DNA from: Antedon mediterranea
Taxonomy: Eukaryota > Animalia > Echinodermata
Reading direction: 5' to 3'
NCBI RefSeq assembly: GCF_964355755.1
Contig: NC_092674.1
Location: 28,396,001 to 28,460,000, forward strand
DNA: 64,000 bases
Shown here: positions 1 to 11,502 of the stretch, piece after piece
Position numbering within the stretch: position 1 is the first letter of the stretch
Layout of the letters: each line of letters begins with the position of its first letter
Translations under genes and position numbers: made by a program
Notes under the pieces: model-generated
The model's input: the letters and a program-made list of their open reading frames with translations, nothing else
Databases searched by the model: none
What the model was told of the DNA's origin: nothing

Positions 1-347
1 TAAATGTTATTTATTTTCTTGAGAAATAAATGGGTTTTATTTTCATTGAGTTATATAGAACTACTACCTGTAGACTGTTGCAAATAGAGGATATGTATTT
101 GTATTAATTTTAAAATGCATCATGTCAACATATTCTACTGCAGTAACTACAGTACAGTACATTTCGTTTACCCTAAACTTTTTATACAATAATTATAGAC
201 AAGCCTGATGAAACACACTGTTACTGCATCTCATAAAATTCTATGGTACATTGAGACAAAAAACAAAATTGCTGTGCAATAAACAAATAAGTAGTTACTG
301 CAGCAACTGCAGTATTGTAGAATAATTTGTACATGATGCTAACTCAC

Positions 348-3300
348 CTGTGCTCTTCTTATATAAGCTAATGGTTCCTTAATATGTTCCAATGGCGCGT
401 CAGGGTTTTCCGTTGGCGGAAACTGGCTAAGTTGCTTATAAACAGCATTCTTTAACAGTTTCTCTTGTCCTATTAAAACAAACAACACAAACATTTGATA
501 TAATAAAGCTCTGTCTAAACTATCAAACTAGTTTGACAAAAAAAAGTGTGATGTGCCCAAATATGGTAGTGATATTTCCAAATATGGTAGTGATATGACA
601 TCATCATGTCCATATTATGGGCAAATTTTAAAGTTTGATAGTGTGGACACAAGATATTGTATAGTTTACTGTATTAAAATAAATGAAATAAGATTCCTAA
701 TTCCTAATCAACTTTGCTGGTGACAATTTTAAAAGATCTTTTTACAAAATTCAAAGGAAGAGCTGAGAAATTCCATGTACTATACTACAACAAGTAGTAA
801 AATACAGAAACAAAAATATTACTATAGGAAAAGTTGCCAAGTAAAAGGCTGCAGATGGAATCTGTTATATATAAAATTAATACGCCATGCAATCAAGTAA
901 ACCATCTACATGCTCTCGACCACGTGTGCAGCGGCCACAAAAATATTGTATTTTTATTTTTTCTTAGCAGCCGCGCGACTCGGTCACTTAATTACGCACA
1001 AGAAAAATAGTTCGGAAATTTTATTACAGTACATCAAAATAAATTAAATCGTTTTTTCTCAATAATTAATATAATCATAATATTGACATTATAATGTAAC
1101 AATATTTACTGCAAAATAACGTGATTTAAGTGTTACAAATAGATATACTAAAACAGCATTACGTCTTATGTTGGCCTAGTGCATGCATCATCGAGGAATT
1201 ACTATCACTACGCTCATTGACATGATTGAAAATGTATTTTAACTTTCTTCTAGCTCCACGTAAACTTAACCGATTTTCACGATTCGAACATGTAAAAACA
1301 ATATTTTTTTATAATGAATACAACTGTATGAATACTTTTATTTTTTTCTTTATGGAAACATTCATTTTATTTCGTTTGCTATATACACTGTATCTGTTTA
1401 TCTTGCACTGTCAGACCACAAGCTGTGATTTATTGCAACTGGCTCTCGTAAATCGCAGCTCTTTACTTTGATACCAAGGTTAGTTGTCACTTAGGCCTAG
1501 TGAAAATTGAGGTTGGCCGACCCGCTATAGCTTTATATATGACGGGTTAGCTGGTAAAGGGAAGGAACACGGCATGCAGGATAATAAATACAATGAAGTA
1601 ATCATGTAGGGGTAGGGTCTTATAAATAAGACAGAAAGTTTGACCCACCCCAAGATATAACATTAAATACGAATATGAAAAAAAATAAATACATAAACTA
1701 ACTAGAGGGTACTCCAAGAGTACAAACCTCCGCCTACTGTAAAATTCCCCTACATAAAATGTCCCCTGAATATTTTTTTTTATTTATTTTTTATTATTAG
1801 TTCTAAGTGTAAATATGTTAACTGCACACTACAAAGTTGTGGACGATAGTGTGGTGTAATGGTTATGTATCCAGCCTCTCACAGTTGAGATCGCTGGTTC
1901 AAGTCCCACTGAGGTTTTTTTTTTTTTTATTATTTTTTTATTTTTTTATTTTTTTTTTGTGGACCTTGATCTTTGACCCTGACCCTTCAAAATTTAACCA
2001 CAATTATATGATGTGTCATTGATCATTGTTGCTAAGTTTGTTGAAAATCGGATAAAACTGTGGTCTCTAGGCAGTAAAATAGTTTTTTGTTAGTTGTGAC
2101 CTTGACCTATGACCTTTCCCCCTCAAATTCGAACTCGTCCGAGCTTTTGGGGCATAGATCATTGTTGCCAAATTTGGTGAGAATCGGATAAAAACTGTGG
2201 CCTCCAGGCTGTTCACAGACAGAATTATTGGTCCTACTGTATTATTTCATTTGTTTATAGCATAAATTGGTATTCCATCTGTACTCTTTAAAAATCTTAA
2301 TTCAGCAGCATACATTTATTTTACCTTTAAAACCATTTCAATGACTATTTATACACTTTGATGCTAAATAACGTATGGAAAAACATACATTCTGAGTGAT
2401 TAAACATTAACAAGATGAATTACCAGATTCTCGGAAGGCCCTACGAACTTCGTCCTTTAAATTTGCAAGATCTACCTCTGGGTTCAACACATGTGCCTAT
2501 AAAAAAAACAATCAAAAACGAAATTAATGAACAATTAAACTTTCATTTCATCTCAAAGACCTATATAAAGAGTTAAAAGGAAAGAGATATGCACTTTTTG
2601 AATCAATATTTTAAAAATGCCTGCCTTAATTGACAGATTCTTGGTGTATAACATGCATCAAACTAAGGCATGAACCCAAGTCTTCTGCATGCTAGGCAGG
2701 CACCCTCCCAATAAACCACATGTGGTAATGATATGGCTACATTCTATACACAGTTTATTACTATAAAGGTATGAACCCAAGTCGTCTGCATGCTAGGCAG
2801 GCACCTTCCCACTAAACCACATGTGGTAATGATATGGTTACATTCTCTCTACACAGTTTATTACTATAAAGGTATGAACCCAAGTCTTCTGCATGCTAGG
2901 CAGGCACCCTCCCACTAAACCACATGTGGTAATGATATGGTTACATTCTATACAAAGTTTATTACTATAAAGGTATGAACCCAAGTCTTCTGCATGCTAG
3001 GTAGGCACCCTCCCACTAAACCACATGTGGTAATGATATGGTTACATTCTATACAAAGTTTATTACTATAAAGGTATGAATCCAAGTCTTCTGTATGTTA
3101 GGCAGGCACCCTCCCACTAAACCACATGTGGTAATGATATGGCTATATTCTATACACAGTTTATTACTATAAAGGTATGAATCCAAGTCGGGATCCAAGT
3201 CTTCTGCATGCTAGGCAGGCACCCTCCCACTAAACCACATGTGGTAATGATATGGTTACATTCTCTCTACACAGTTTATTACTATAAAGGTATGAACCCA

Positions 3301-6300
3301 AGTCTTCTGCATGCTAGGCAGGCACCCTCCCACTAAACCACATGTGGTAATGATATGGTTACATTCTATACAAAGTTTATTACTATAAAGGTATGAATCC
3401 AAGTCTTCTGCATGCTAGGCAGGCACCCTCCCACTAAACCACATGTGGTAATGATATGGTTACATTCTATACACAGTTTATTACTATAAAGGTATGAACC
3501 CAAGTCTTCTGCATGCTAGGCAGGCACCCTCCCACTAAACCACATGTGGTAATGATATGGTTACATTCTATCTACACAGTTTATTACTATAAAGGTATGA
3601 ATCCAAGTCTTCTGCATGCTAGGCAGGCACCCTCCCACTAAACCACATGTGGTAATGATATGACTACATTCTATCTACACGATTATTTTCTATTTGGTAG
3701 ATCGTTTTAATGGAACTCCATACAAAGTATCTGATTTATTATTAAAATGTAATCTTATAGGCTTGCGAGCCCAATGGCAAATTGTAAAATGATAAAATAT
3801 GGGTATTTTTATTACCTAATAATTACGTTAATGAATAAAACAGCTATGTAATATGACAACAGCTCAAATTGTACGATACAATATAAAAAGCGGTATTATC
3901 AATCAACATGTATCGTTAAATCCAATCTTTAGAATTGTTCAACAATGCTCAAAAAGCAATGTTTCGACTCACTGGACCATACAAAATTTATCAATTCACG
4001 AGCCCATAAAAAATGACAAGCATTAGACTATTATAATACTGTACAAATATCAGCATTCTTTTATTTTGTATTGGCTTCTTATCGTATTCATTTATAACGA
4101 GTAAATACAACATTTTATGCAATGCTTTGAATGAGAGCATCGCTGCAAAAAAAACCAATACAGCGTAAATTTTGTATTAATTTTTTTTAAATAAAATACA
4201 TTTTTTATTTGTATGTTTTGATTCTTTTTCATTTTAATTTTTTTTTATATACATATTAATATATATATATTTTTCCATTTTTTATTTTAAGTTTTTTTTT
4301 TTTTTTTTTTTTCCAGTTTTCATTTTTTTTTTATAATTACGGTACAATAGTAATTACAGTTTTGTAGTTTACAATTACAACAGTTTTATTAATAGTAATT
4401 ACAGTTTTTATCGTTTTTTTTTAAAATTACAGTTAATAGTAATTATCAAAAATAAAGTGGTTTGGCCTATTACCACAGTACCTACTGTAATACCATTTTG
4501 CATTGACTATTATTCACAATTTTAGTCATTTATAATATTGTGTTACAGAGTGTTTTCTATTGACAAGCAAGGCATAATTGTTTGACAAAATAATTGAATT
4601 TATTCAATTAAAAGCTTTTAAGTATAATACAATTTTAATACATATATTTTAAAAACAGAATAACACTTTGTCGTGTACCAAAGGTATCCCTTAATAGAGG
4701 CTCTATGGTATTGGCTTGGATTGACATGACCTAAAAGACTATAAAGTAGTTTAACTACAAAACATCACTCCAATAATGGTTCAAATTAATATCTGTTATT
4801 TGCAAAGAACTGGCATAAACAAATACTGAAAATGAAGAGATATTGTTGTACTATTAGTGAAATGATCAAACACAGAAATTGCAATTAAAATTCTTTCAAG
4901 ATATGCATACAAAGTAGTGATTTTAATTAACAATTGACACACAATATATAGAACTGATTCAGTTACCAACTCTGTACTTTCTCAAAAGATTTGATATTAA
5001 GAAATACAAAATAAAAGACAATAAAGCCAGTATACAGACATGTGCAAGTTGAACAAGAACTAGGTCATATTTACATACAGTAAACTATCATACAGAAAGT
5101 GTTAAATTTGCGCTTAATTAATTGATAGGCAATAGTTAGTAGTAGAGATTGATGTACTTGAATATAATATGTAGTTGTAACTCAAAGGGGCGGGCCTGTT
5201 TCTGCTGTATACTGAATAACCGTTTACTGTGAAGAGTATAAAAATTAGTGTTATCAATTGCATGTTGCGCTTCATAAAAACTTAATTAAACATGTAATTA
5301 AAAAAGAATTAACAGTAAGCGGTTGTTTTAGGAATATTTTAGCAGACAATTAATACTAATAGCAGAGAATCATCAGTGATTTGAATTTAAATTATTAGTG
5401 ATAGCAGATTGTAGCTTATTGTCAAATGTTGAGACTTAGTTGGCACAGTGGTTAAGAATAGACATGTAATGGGTTTCATAGAGACATGTTTTGTTTGATG
5501 TCCTTTAGGCAAAATATTTCACTGTCATTGTCTCAGATCAGACTATAAGACATTGGTCCTACATTTTCAAAGTTACAGAATTTATCAGATGTATACAAAA
5601 CAATAACATGTTAATAATTTTTACTGAGAATATTTTAACCATATTTGAGTCACCTGACGGAGAGGGGGTTTGAGGAGTTAGGAGTATAACAATGACTGGG
5701 AATTGTACTGGGATTAAAGTACCGGATTATGGTGGGTGAGAGGTACCCAATCTGGGGAACAGAGTATTTCTAGAGTGGGTATTTCAGCTAGTAGACAATA
5801 CAATTAAGTATAACTGCATTAAACTCTGTAAAGTTCACAGATTTCAATTCTTTGATTTAAATGTTTCGTGGTGACAGTTCAACAAAAACTTTTTATTTAT
5901 TAAAAGAATTATTATTTTAAAAAGTCAATGTTTACTCTATCCAGGTATTAAGTTTACTGAATATATGAAGGTCTCATAGGAGTAAGTGTCAATGAAAATA
6001 AAAGTAAACATGTAAGCAACAATAAATTTAACTTGTTTGAAGTGACCGGTAGCATGTTAAAAGCTTTACTGGATTATACTACATGCATCAAGTTCTGTTC
6101 ATTTGCAATTAAAACCAGTCGAATAAAAATTGATTTTTTCCGCATTTACTTTAATGTGCAAACAAAATTTAAACAGGTTTTAAAACATCAAACATTCTGA
6201 ATTGTTAATGTTCAGTATTTCAATTTCACTTTAGATAATTGTTTGTTGAGCCGCCTGGAAGGAATTTTAAAGTTTTGTCATAATGTTTTGTTTTTAATAG

Positions 6301-7133
6301 AATTAAATGGATGAGTCTAGACATTTTTATGATTAAAATTATATTTATTCTAAATCACCTGTTGTCAAGTTAAAATGAGCTTACATTATGCTAATTTATT
6401 TCACTGCAAATTTACAAAAATAATATTGTACCACACTAGCTTAATAGTATTGTGCTTTATTTTGAGATACGTCGACAAAATGCAAAAACTTTTGTGGAAT
6501 ATTTTACATGTACCCTAGCTGTCTCAGATATTAAACAAAACATAGACTTGATAAAAATATAGTCGGTATTGTTCTAAATCTGTCTCTTTGCACGTCAGAA
6601 TGAGGGTTTTCCAATTAATTTATCTTTCAAGTTCTTTATTAGGTTTCAGGGTAATTATATTTATCACTAAAGTGTAGTGGAAACCGACGATGCTGCAAAA
6701 AAGTATGCGATGTGTAGCATATCACAGTCTACAGTACAGTAACTAACACTAACAGTGATAAGTACAGTAATCAAGCAGGATTGATTTCAGGCAGAATACG
6801 GTACTTTGGTTCGCTTGATTGTGTCCTAGTGGGAACTAAACTTTAGGTACATTTCTAAGTTTACCTGAATTATTATTAACCATTAATTAATAATTACCTT
6901 TAGTAGGACAAGATAACAAATGAAATGCACCCTCTATTAATTATTATTAGTTTTTAAACTTATTAACCAAAATTATGAAAAGTATAAATAATTATTTTTC
7001 TGTATTGTCTTTTTTTTCTTACTTGAGCTGATTTCTTGAGTTGTGTATTTAAGGATGCCTGGTTTAACTCTTGCACAATGTATGCTACCTTAATAGCCGT
7101 CTCCATCTCAAAAATATTTACGACTTCATTCAT
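348..7133 (-). CDS. TBC1D19: TBC1 domain family member 19, N-terminal three coding exons (7023-7133, 2424-2496, 348-469); gene continues beyond the left edge
   Basis: Spliced translation MNEVVNIFEMETAIKVAYIVQELNQASLNTQLKKSAQ|AHVLNPEVDLANLKDEVRRAFRES|GQEKLLKNAVYKQLSQFPPTENPDAPLEHIKEPLAYIRRAQ resembles the human TBC1D19 N-terminus as I recall it (PEIKLESLKEDIKEFFKISGWEKKLQNAVYSELSVFPLPSHPAAPPEHLKEPLVYMRKAQ). GT-AG sites with phases 0,1,0. The start Met (7133 or the next in-frame Met) is uncertain. Confidence 0.9.
507..653. mobile_element. MITE family B copy (TIR AGCTCTGTCTACACTATCAAACT), degenerate right end
   Basis: Same terminal and internal sequence as the copies at 17750, 27466, 32657, 40400, 40614 and 57962. 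Confidence 0.75.
1700..2225. mobile_element. Dispersed repeat with TGACCTTGACC subrepeats, carrying a tRNA-derived (SINE-head-like) segment at ~1840-1914
   Basis: Starts AACTAGAG...CCGCC and has repeated GACCTTGA(T/C)C motifs. Internal Pol III A-box TGGTGTAATGG and B-box GGTTCAAGTCC are followed by a T-run. No intact cloverleaf. Confidence 0.55.
2665..3680 (-). repeat. ~101-bp tandem repeat, about 10 copies, each containing a tRNA-Ala(AGC)-like segment on the minus strand
   Basis: The minus-strand unit contains TGTGGTTTAGTGGGAGGGTGCCTGCCTAGCATGCAGAAGACTTGGGTTCATACC: A-box-like segment, anticodon arm CTGC-CTAGCAT-GCAG, and B-box-like GGTTCATACC. Confidence 0.9.
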
Positions 7134-7869
7134 CCATACCTGGAAAGAAAGCAAAAATATTAAATCTGATTTTAATTACCAAAATGAATTATTTTGATGA
7201 AAATATCATGCCCAACGGGAACAAAAACATATTAGAATTGAAACGCCTCACGTGAGTAGATGTGATGAGATTTAATTTAACTTTTAGTATTTGAATTTCT
7301 GCCTTGTACTCAATCTTAAATGACATAAAGATGAAATAGTTTAATATAAATTTTAATATAACAGCAACTTCTTCATCAACCTTTTTAATAATAAAAAATA
7401 AGCAATGAAAGATTTAATGAGAAATGTCCATGATGCCACAAGCAATCATTCTATCATCATATTTCAAATGTAAATCAATCAATGGTATAAATCCTAATTG
7501 AAATGAAGTAAAATGCAATCAATCACATATTATTTTTAACCCTAATAACACTGAAATATCAATTTAAAATTGTAGTTTAATTCAATCGTAATAAAAAAGA
7601 AAGTAGTAATAAAAAATCTCTAATCAAATTAATCTACAATAATAATAGTATTAAAAAGTAGTAAACCTGGCCTAAGTCAATTATTAATATTAATTGTATT
7701 TCCAAGTTCTGTTTTTACGTAAAAGTTGAACTATTATTATTATTACATGTACAGTACACTTCACACACAGTGGATCAGATTCAGAAGGTCCCCAACTATT
7801 TAACTAAGCTCTCTCTGCCCTTTTTTTTATTATCATAACGTAATAATAGATTTTAATTTTACTCAAATA

Positions 7870-8390
7870 AGTTAAAACTGCCTCAATATAGATTTATTTT
7901 TACGACATGTTTCGGGCATAGCCCATCATCAGGTGAAAAGAATTGTAACAAAGGATAACATATATAAGTCACAAAATTACATAATAAAACAAATCAGCCA
8001 ATCAAAGATGCTAACAAACAAAAGGCATAGTTATAAAGGCACGCCTCCAAAAGCTATGGGGTACAAAGCAGGAATGGTTGCTTATAAAGAAGGAAATTTA
8101 AAACAAAGACAAAAGCTTCAAGTGTAAATAATTGTTAATATGTGAATGTCTCTGGCAAAATTAATGTTTAAAGGATCTAAATTGTACATTTATGCCGGTA
8201 GGGGCAACAGTGCCAAGCTTTACAATTATTCTTTCTTCTATAATTCTACGAGATGTCTCAGAACCATTACATACTTTAACACCAGAAATTGTAATATCCG
8301 AAAGGGAATGCTCATTATTACAAAAATGGGTGGCTACAGGTAATCCGGGAGTCTTTAGTTTAATAGACCTTAAATGTTCTACAAACCTAT
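7870..8390 (-). mobile_element. Penelope-like retroelement 3' remnant (GIY-YIG endonuclease C-terminus plus pLTR region), 5'-truncated
   Basis: ORF 8161-8442(-) contains RFVEHLRSIK...PVATHFCNNEHSLSDITISGV...RRIIEERIIVKLGTVAPTGIN, typical of the Penelope GIY-YIG C-terminal half; a hammerhead motif lies downstream. Confidence 0.85.
7896..7939 (-). ncRNA. Minimal type I hammerhead ribozyme of the Penelope pLTR
   Basis: Minus strand TTTTCAC-CTGATGA-T-GGGC-TAT-GCCC-GAAA-CATG-TC/GTAAAAA: complete core, 4-bp stem II, palindromic ACATGT stem III, GUC cleavage site between 7904 and 7903. Confidence 0.8.
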
Positions 8391-8669
8391 CATTTATATA
8401 TATATATATCCTACCCTGGATGACAAACCTATCATATATCATATATATATATATATCCTACCCTGGATGATACGCCTCTAGTTAACTAGCCGACGGAGCT
8501 AGCCCCCCTATACTCTACTAACTATCTAGCCTACTACTCTACCTAGTAGGGCCAGGCCCAATAGTAGAGTGAGTAGAGTAGTGCTAGTTAAGTAGCCCTA
8601 TAGTCCAGCAGAGGCCTAATACTAGCTAGTTTGTGTAACTAACGGTGTCTCTTTGCTAAATATACTTAC

Positions 8670-8830
8670 ATCTTACAAATCAACGTAAGATTTATACAAA
8701 ACTGAGGTTTATTGTCTGTTTGTGGAGACCAAACTGTACTGTGTACGTTTTTTATAAACACTGTTTTAAGTGTGTTGTTATACGTCCGCATAGCGACGAT
8801 CTTACCACTGCGCTTCTAAGTCGAAAATCA
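8670..8830 (-). other. Probable non-coding first exon of TBC1D19
   Basis: GTAAGT donor at 8669-8664(-); the exon at 7139 has a clear acceptor, so an upstream exon is required; CpG-containing region. The 5' boundary is approximate. Confidence 0.55.
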
Positions 8831-9414
8831 TGAAATTGAGTTTCAATAGAGTTTGAACGCGTTAACGTAAAATACTTGCTGTACCCGTAGGCCTATATAA
8901 TTTCAAAAACAGTATCATATTATAAGTCGTAATTGAATTATGTATTATTATTGTTTATTTCATTTTTTTGTGTCTTATATTTTCTAAATAAACTGCTAAA
9001 TATAACAAAATTGTTTAAAAAAATGCACATTGAACTCAGACTTCTTGCTCATAAAATAACATTACATTAAATAATAATTACGTAATTTTACGTAGTTTTT
9101 TTTTGTTCCGTTTTATTCAGTATGTCATATACATCCATATAGCGTAGGCTATATAAGCCGCACGTATCAGTAAAAGTGACGATAAAATAACAGTGGGCCT
9201 ACAGTATGTGTGAACATAGAGATATTTATAATATCTCTATGGTGTGAATTTAAAGCACGATGAATTTTCACTCTGCAATTGGTCACTTGTATTTGTGACG
9301 TCACTTAGCGACAGACGACATCAACTCCCGTTCATTTTTTCAAACCAAATCAAATCTTTCGTTCACTGAACTACATCGCATCTCTTATCCTCCAACAGAG
9401 AGACACAAGTTTAG
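8830..9414. promoter_or_regulatory. Putative bidirectional promoter between TBC1D19 and the CCK receptor, with a candidate first non-coding exon of the receptor ending at 9414
   Basis: Perfect CRE TGACGTCA at 9296-9303, inverted CCAAT (ATTGG) at ~9278, consensus donor AG/GTAAGT at 9414/9415 on plus, and an opposite-strand donor at 8669. Confidence 0.5.
9215..9241. mobile_element. 27-bp P-element-like palindromic footprint with 7-bp TSD GTGTGAA
   Basis: GTGTGAA-CATAGAGATATTTATAATATCTCTATG-GTGTGAA. Confidence 0.7.
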
Positions 9415-11218
9415 GTAAGTTATGTTTTATTTCGTTTCCTTTTTCATGTGAAGGTAGGATGCGATAGCTAGGCCTATGAACTGCGAGTATTGGAGGAGTA
9501 TGTTGATGTGATTTGTTTGTACATCTCATGCCTAATTGTTTTTTAACCACACTACAATACAATTTTCTTTAAGTTTTGATATTATTTATTAAATATTCTT
9601 AACTACAATGTTGACGTAATACTAAGGGAGATGTTCAGTTTTTACTGATGTATATTTTCAACTTAGGCGCTGACAATGTTAGGTTTGTCACAGTGACAAA
9701 ATTCACATTTTGAACTCACGTGAAAGTATTCCTAGTTCTTGTAGCCATCTTCTTCTGAAGACACATGGTATCATTTGACTTGTGTACTCGCTATTGAGAT
9801 CAATTTATACCATGCTATACACTTTTTAAATTTTATTTTATTCAACTTTTTGATTTGTATGTGTGGCGAGTAATTGAAATGGGAAACATTGTGTTCGCAA
9901 CTTTACAGGGAAAAAAGGAAATATTGTTCCTGTGATGTTTTGGATTGCTTAACCCGCCGCTTTGAAATCACAATGGAATTATGTCATGCTGCTATGATAT
10001 CCCATTAGTGCATGTTTGAGGCACTGCACCTTTGTTTAATATTCTAAAATGTTTACGCTATGTCATTTAAAAAAAATTATTTATTTTACCCTGAGCAACA
10101 ACATAAACCTCATGGGATGCTGTAGTAGAATGAGAGATAGTTAAATTAGTTAGTATTCTGAAGGAAAATGGTTAATATTTAAGAGTTAGATGCTACGGTA
10201 TGAGGCCTGTTGCTGTAGACTCGGGTAGAAGAGACGATATCTACCGATCTGTTGTTGATTTTAGATTGTTAAAAACTGTAAACAATAATAATGCTTGGTT
10301 GGTTCCCACTAGAGACCCAACACAAGGGGGTAACGCAACGTAAGTGAGTTGACCAATCAAAAGCGATGGATTATTCGAACTGTCGGTTGTCATTGGTCAA
10401 CTTGCTTGCGTTGCGTTTACGTCCTTGCGTTAAGTCCTAGTGGAAACCAGCTTTATTTGGACAAATCTTTATCAAGAAATAACATGCGGCACTGTAACAA
10501 AATGAAGATACCAATAAATCAAATTATTGTTATTATAACATTGCTTCTATTCAAAGAGATAAGTCACGAGGAAGAATCAGATTTACTAAATAATATGTCC
10601 GATCAGTGTCATCTTAACAAATCCCATTTGACGTAAGCTGAATATTATCTTACTAAACGATTTGGAATTAAACAATCAACAACTTGAAAATCATTATGAT
10701 CGGTTGTCACCGAGCTAATTTATAAGAAAGCCGTTAAATATAGCGTATTAATATATCTATTAATCGGTGTAAATCGTATAGCGTATTAATATATTTATTA
10801 ATCGGTGTAAATCTTTGATACAAGTATGATGTTTCATTTAATCCCAACACGACGTCAGATCATTACCAAAAATAACAGAGAGAGAGAGAGAAATTTAAAC
10901 AATCAACAACTTGAAAATCATCCTTTCAGATCAGCTAATTTTTACGAGAGATTTTTAATTTAATGTATCAATAATTATTCAGTGTAAACAATTTGATAAA
11001 TAATGGTCTTTTTAATATAATCCCAAAATGTCAGAGTGGATATTACCTTACAAAAAAATGAAAAAACAAAAACCAGAAAATTAATAAACGGTCAAAAACA
11101 ATAGAATGCAAATATTAATAAAATGTTATGATGACGTCATGATAAACTTCTTGAAGCAGAAGGTCCACTAGTAATTTTGATTACTAACTAATAACTCTTC
11201 AAACTTTATTTGTTTGAC

Positions 11219-11252
11219 CAGGGAAGAGTTAAAAAAATGTAACTCTTCCCTG
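11219..11252. mobile_element. 34-bp P-element-like palindromic footprint with 7-bp TSD GTTTGAC
   Basis: GTTTGAC-CAGGGAAGAGTTA(AAAAAATG)TAACTCTTCCCTG-GTTTGAC. Confidence 0.7.
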
Positions 11253-11502
11253 GTTTGACTACTACAATTATATTTCTTTTATTCAAAATTCACAATTACA
11301 ATTTACAATTTCCATTATTACAATTTACAATTTTACAACAACACCCAACAGTACACGAAAAAGAAGCGAGTGCTTATCAGTTTGGTGACTATTATTCAAT
11401 TATGTACATACATACAACAAAAAAAGTAAAAAACATTGGTCGCCCACGACCGGTCAGCACCTCCGGTGGGCGTGGGCCACTCCCCTGTGGGGATACGGGG
11501 AA

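Noticed and set aside
1840-1914. Possible tRNA gene
   Set aside because: A and B boxes are present but the acceptor stem does not pair and it sits inside a dispersed repeat; treated as a SINE-like head
2665-3680. CRISPR-like array or functional tRNA gene cluster
   Set aside because: Units are near-identical along their full length (no unique spacers), the context is eukaryotic, and the tRNA-like part lacks an acceptor stem
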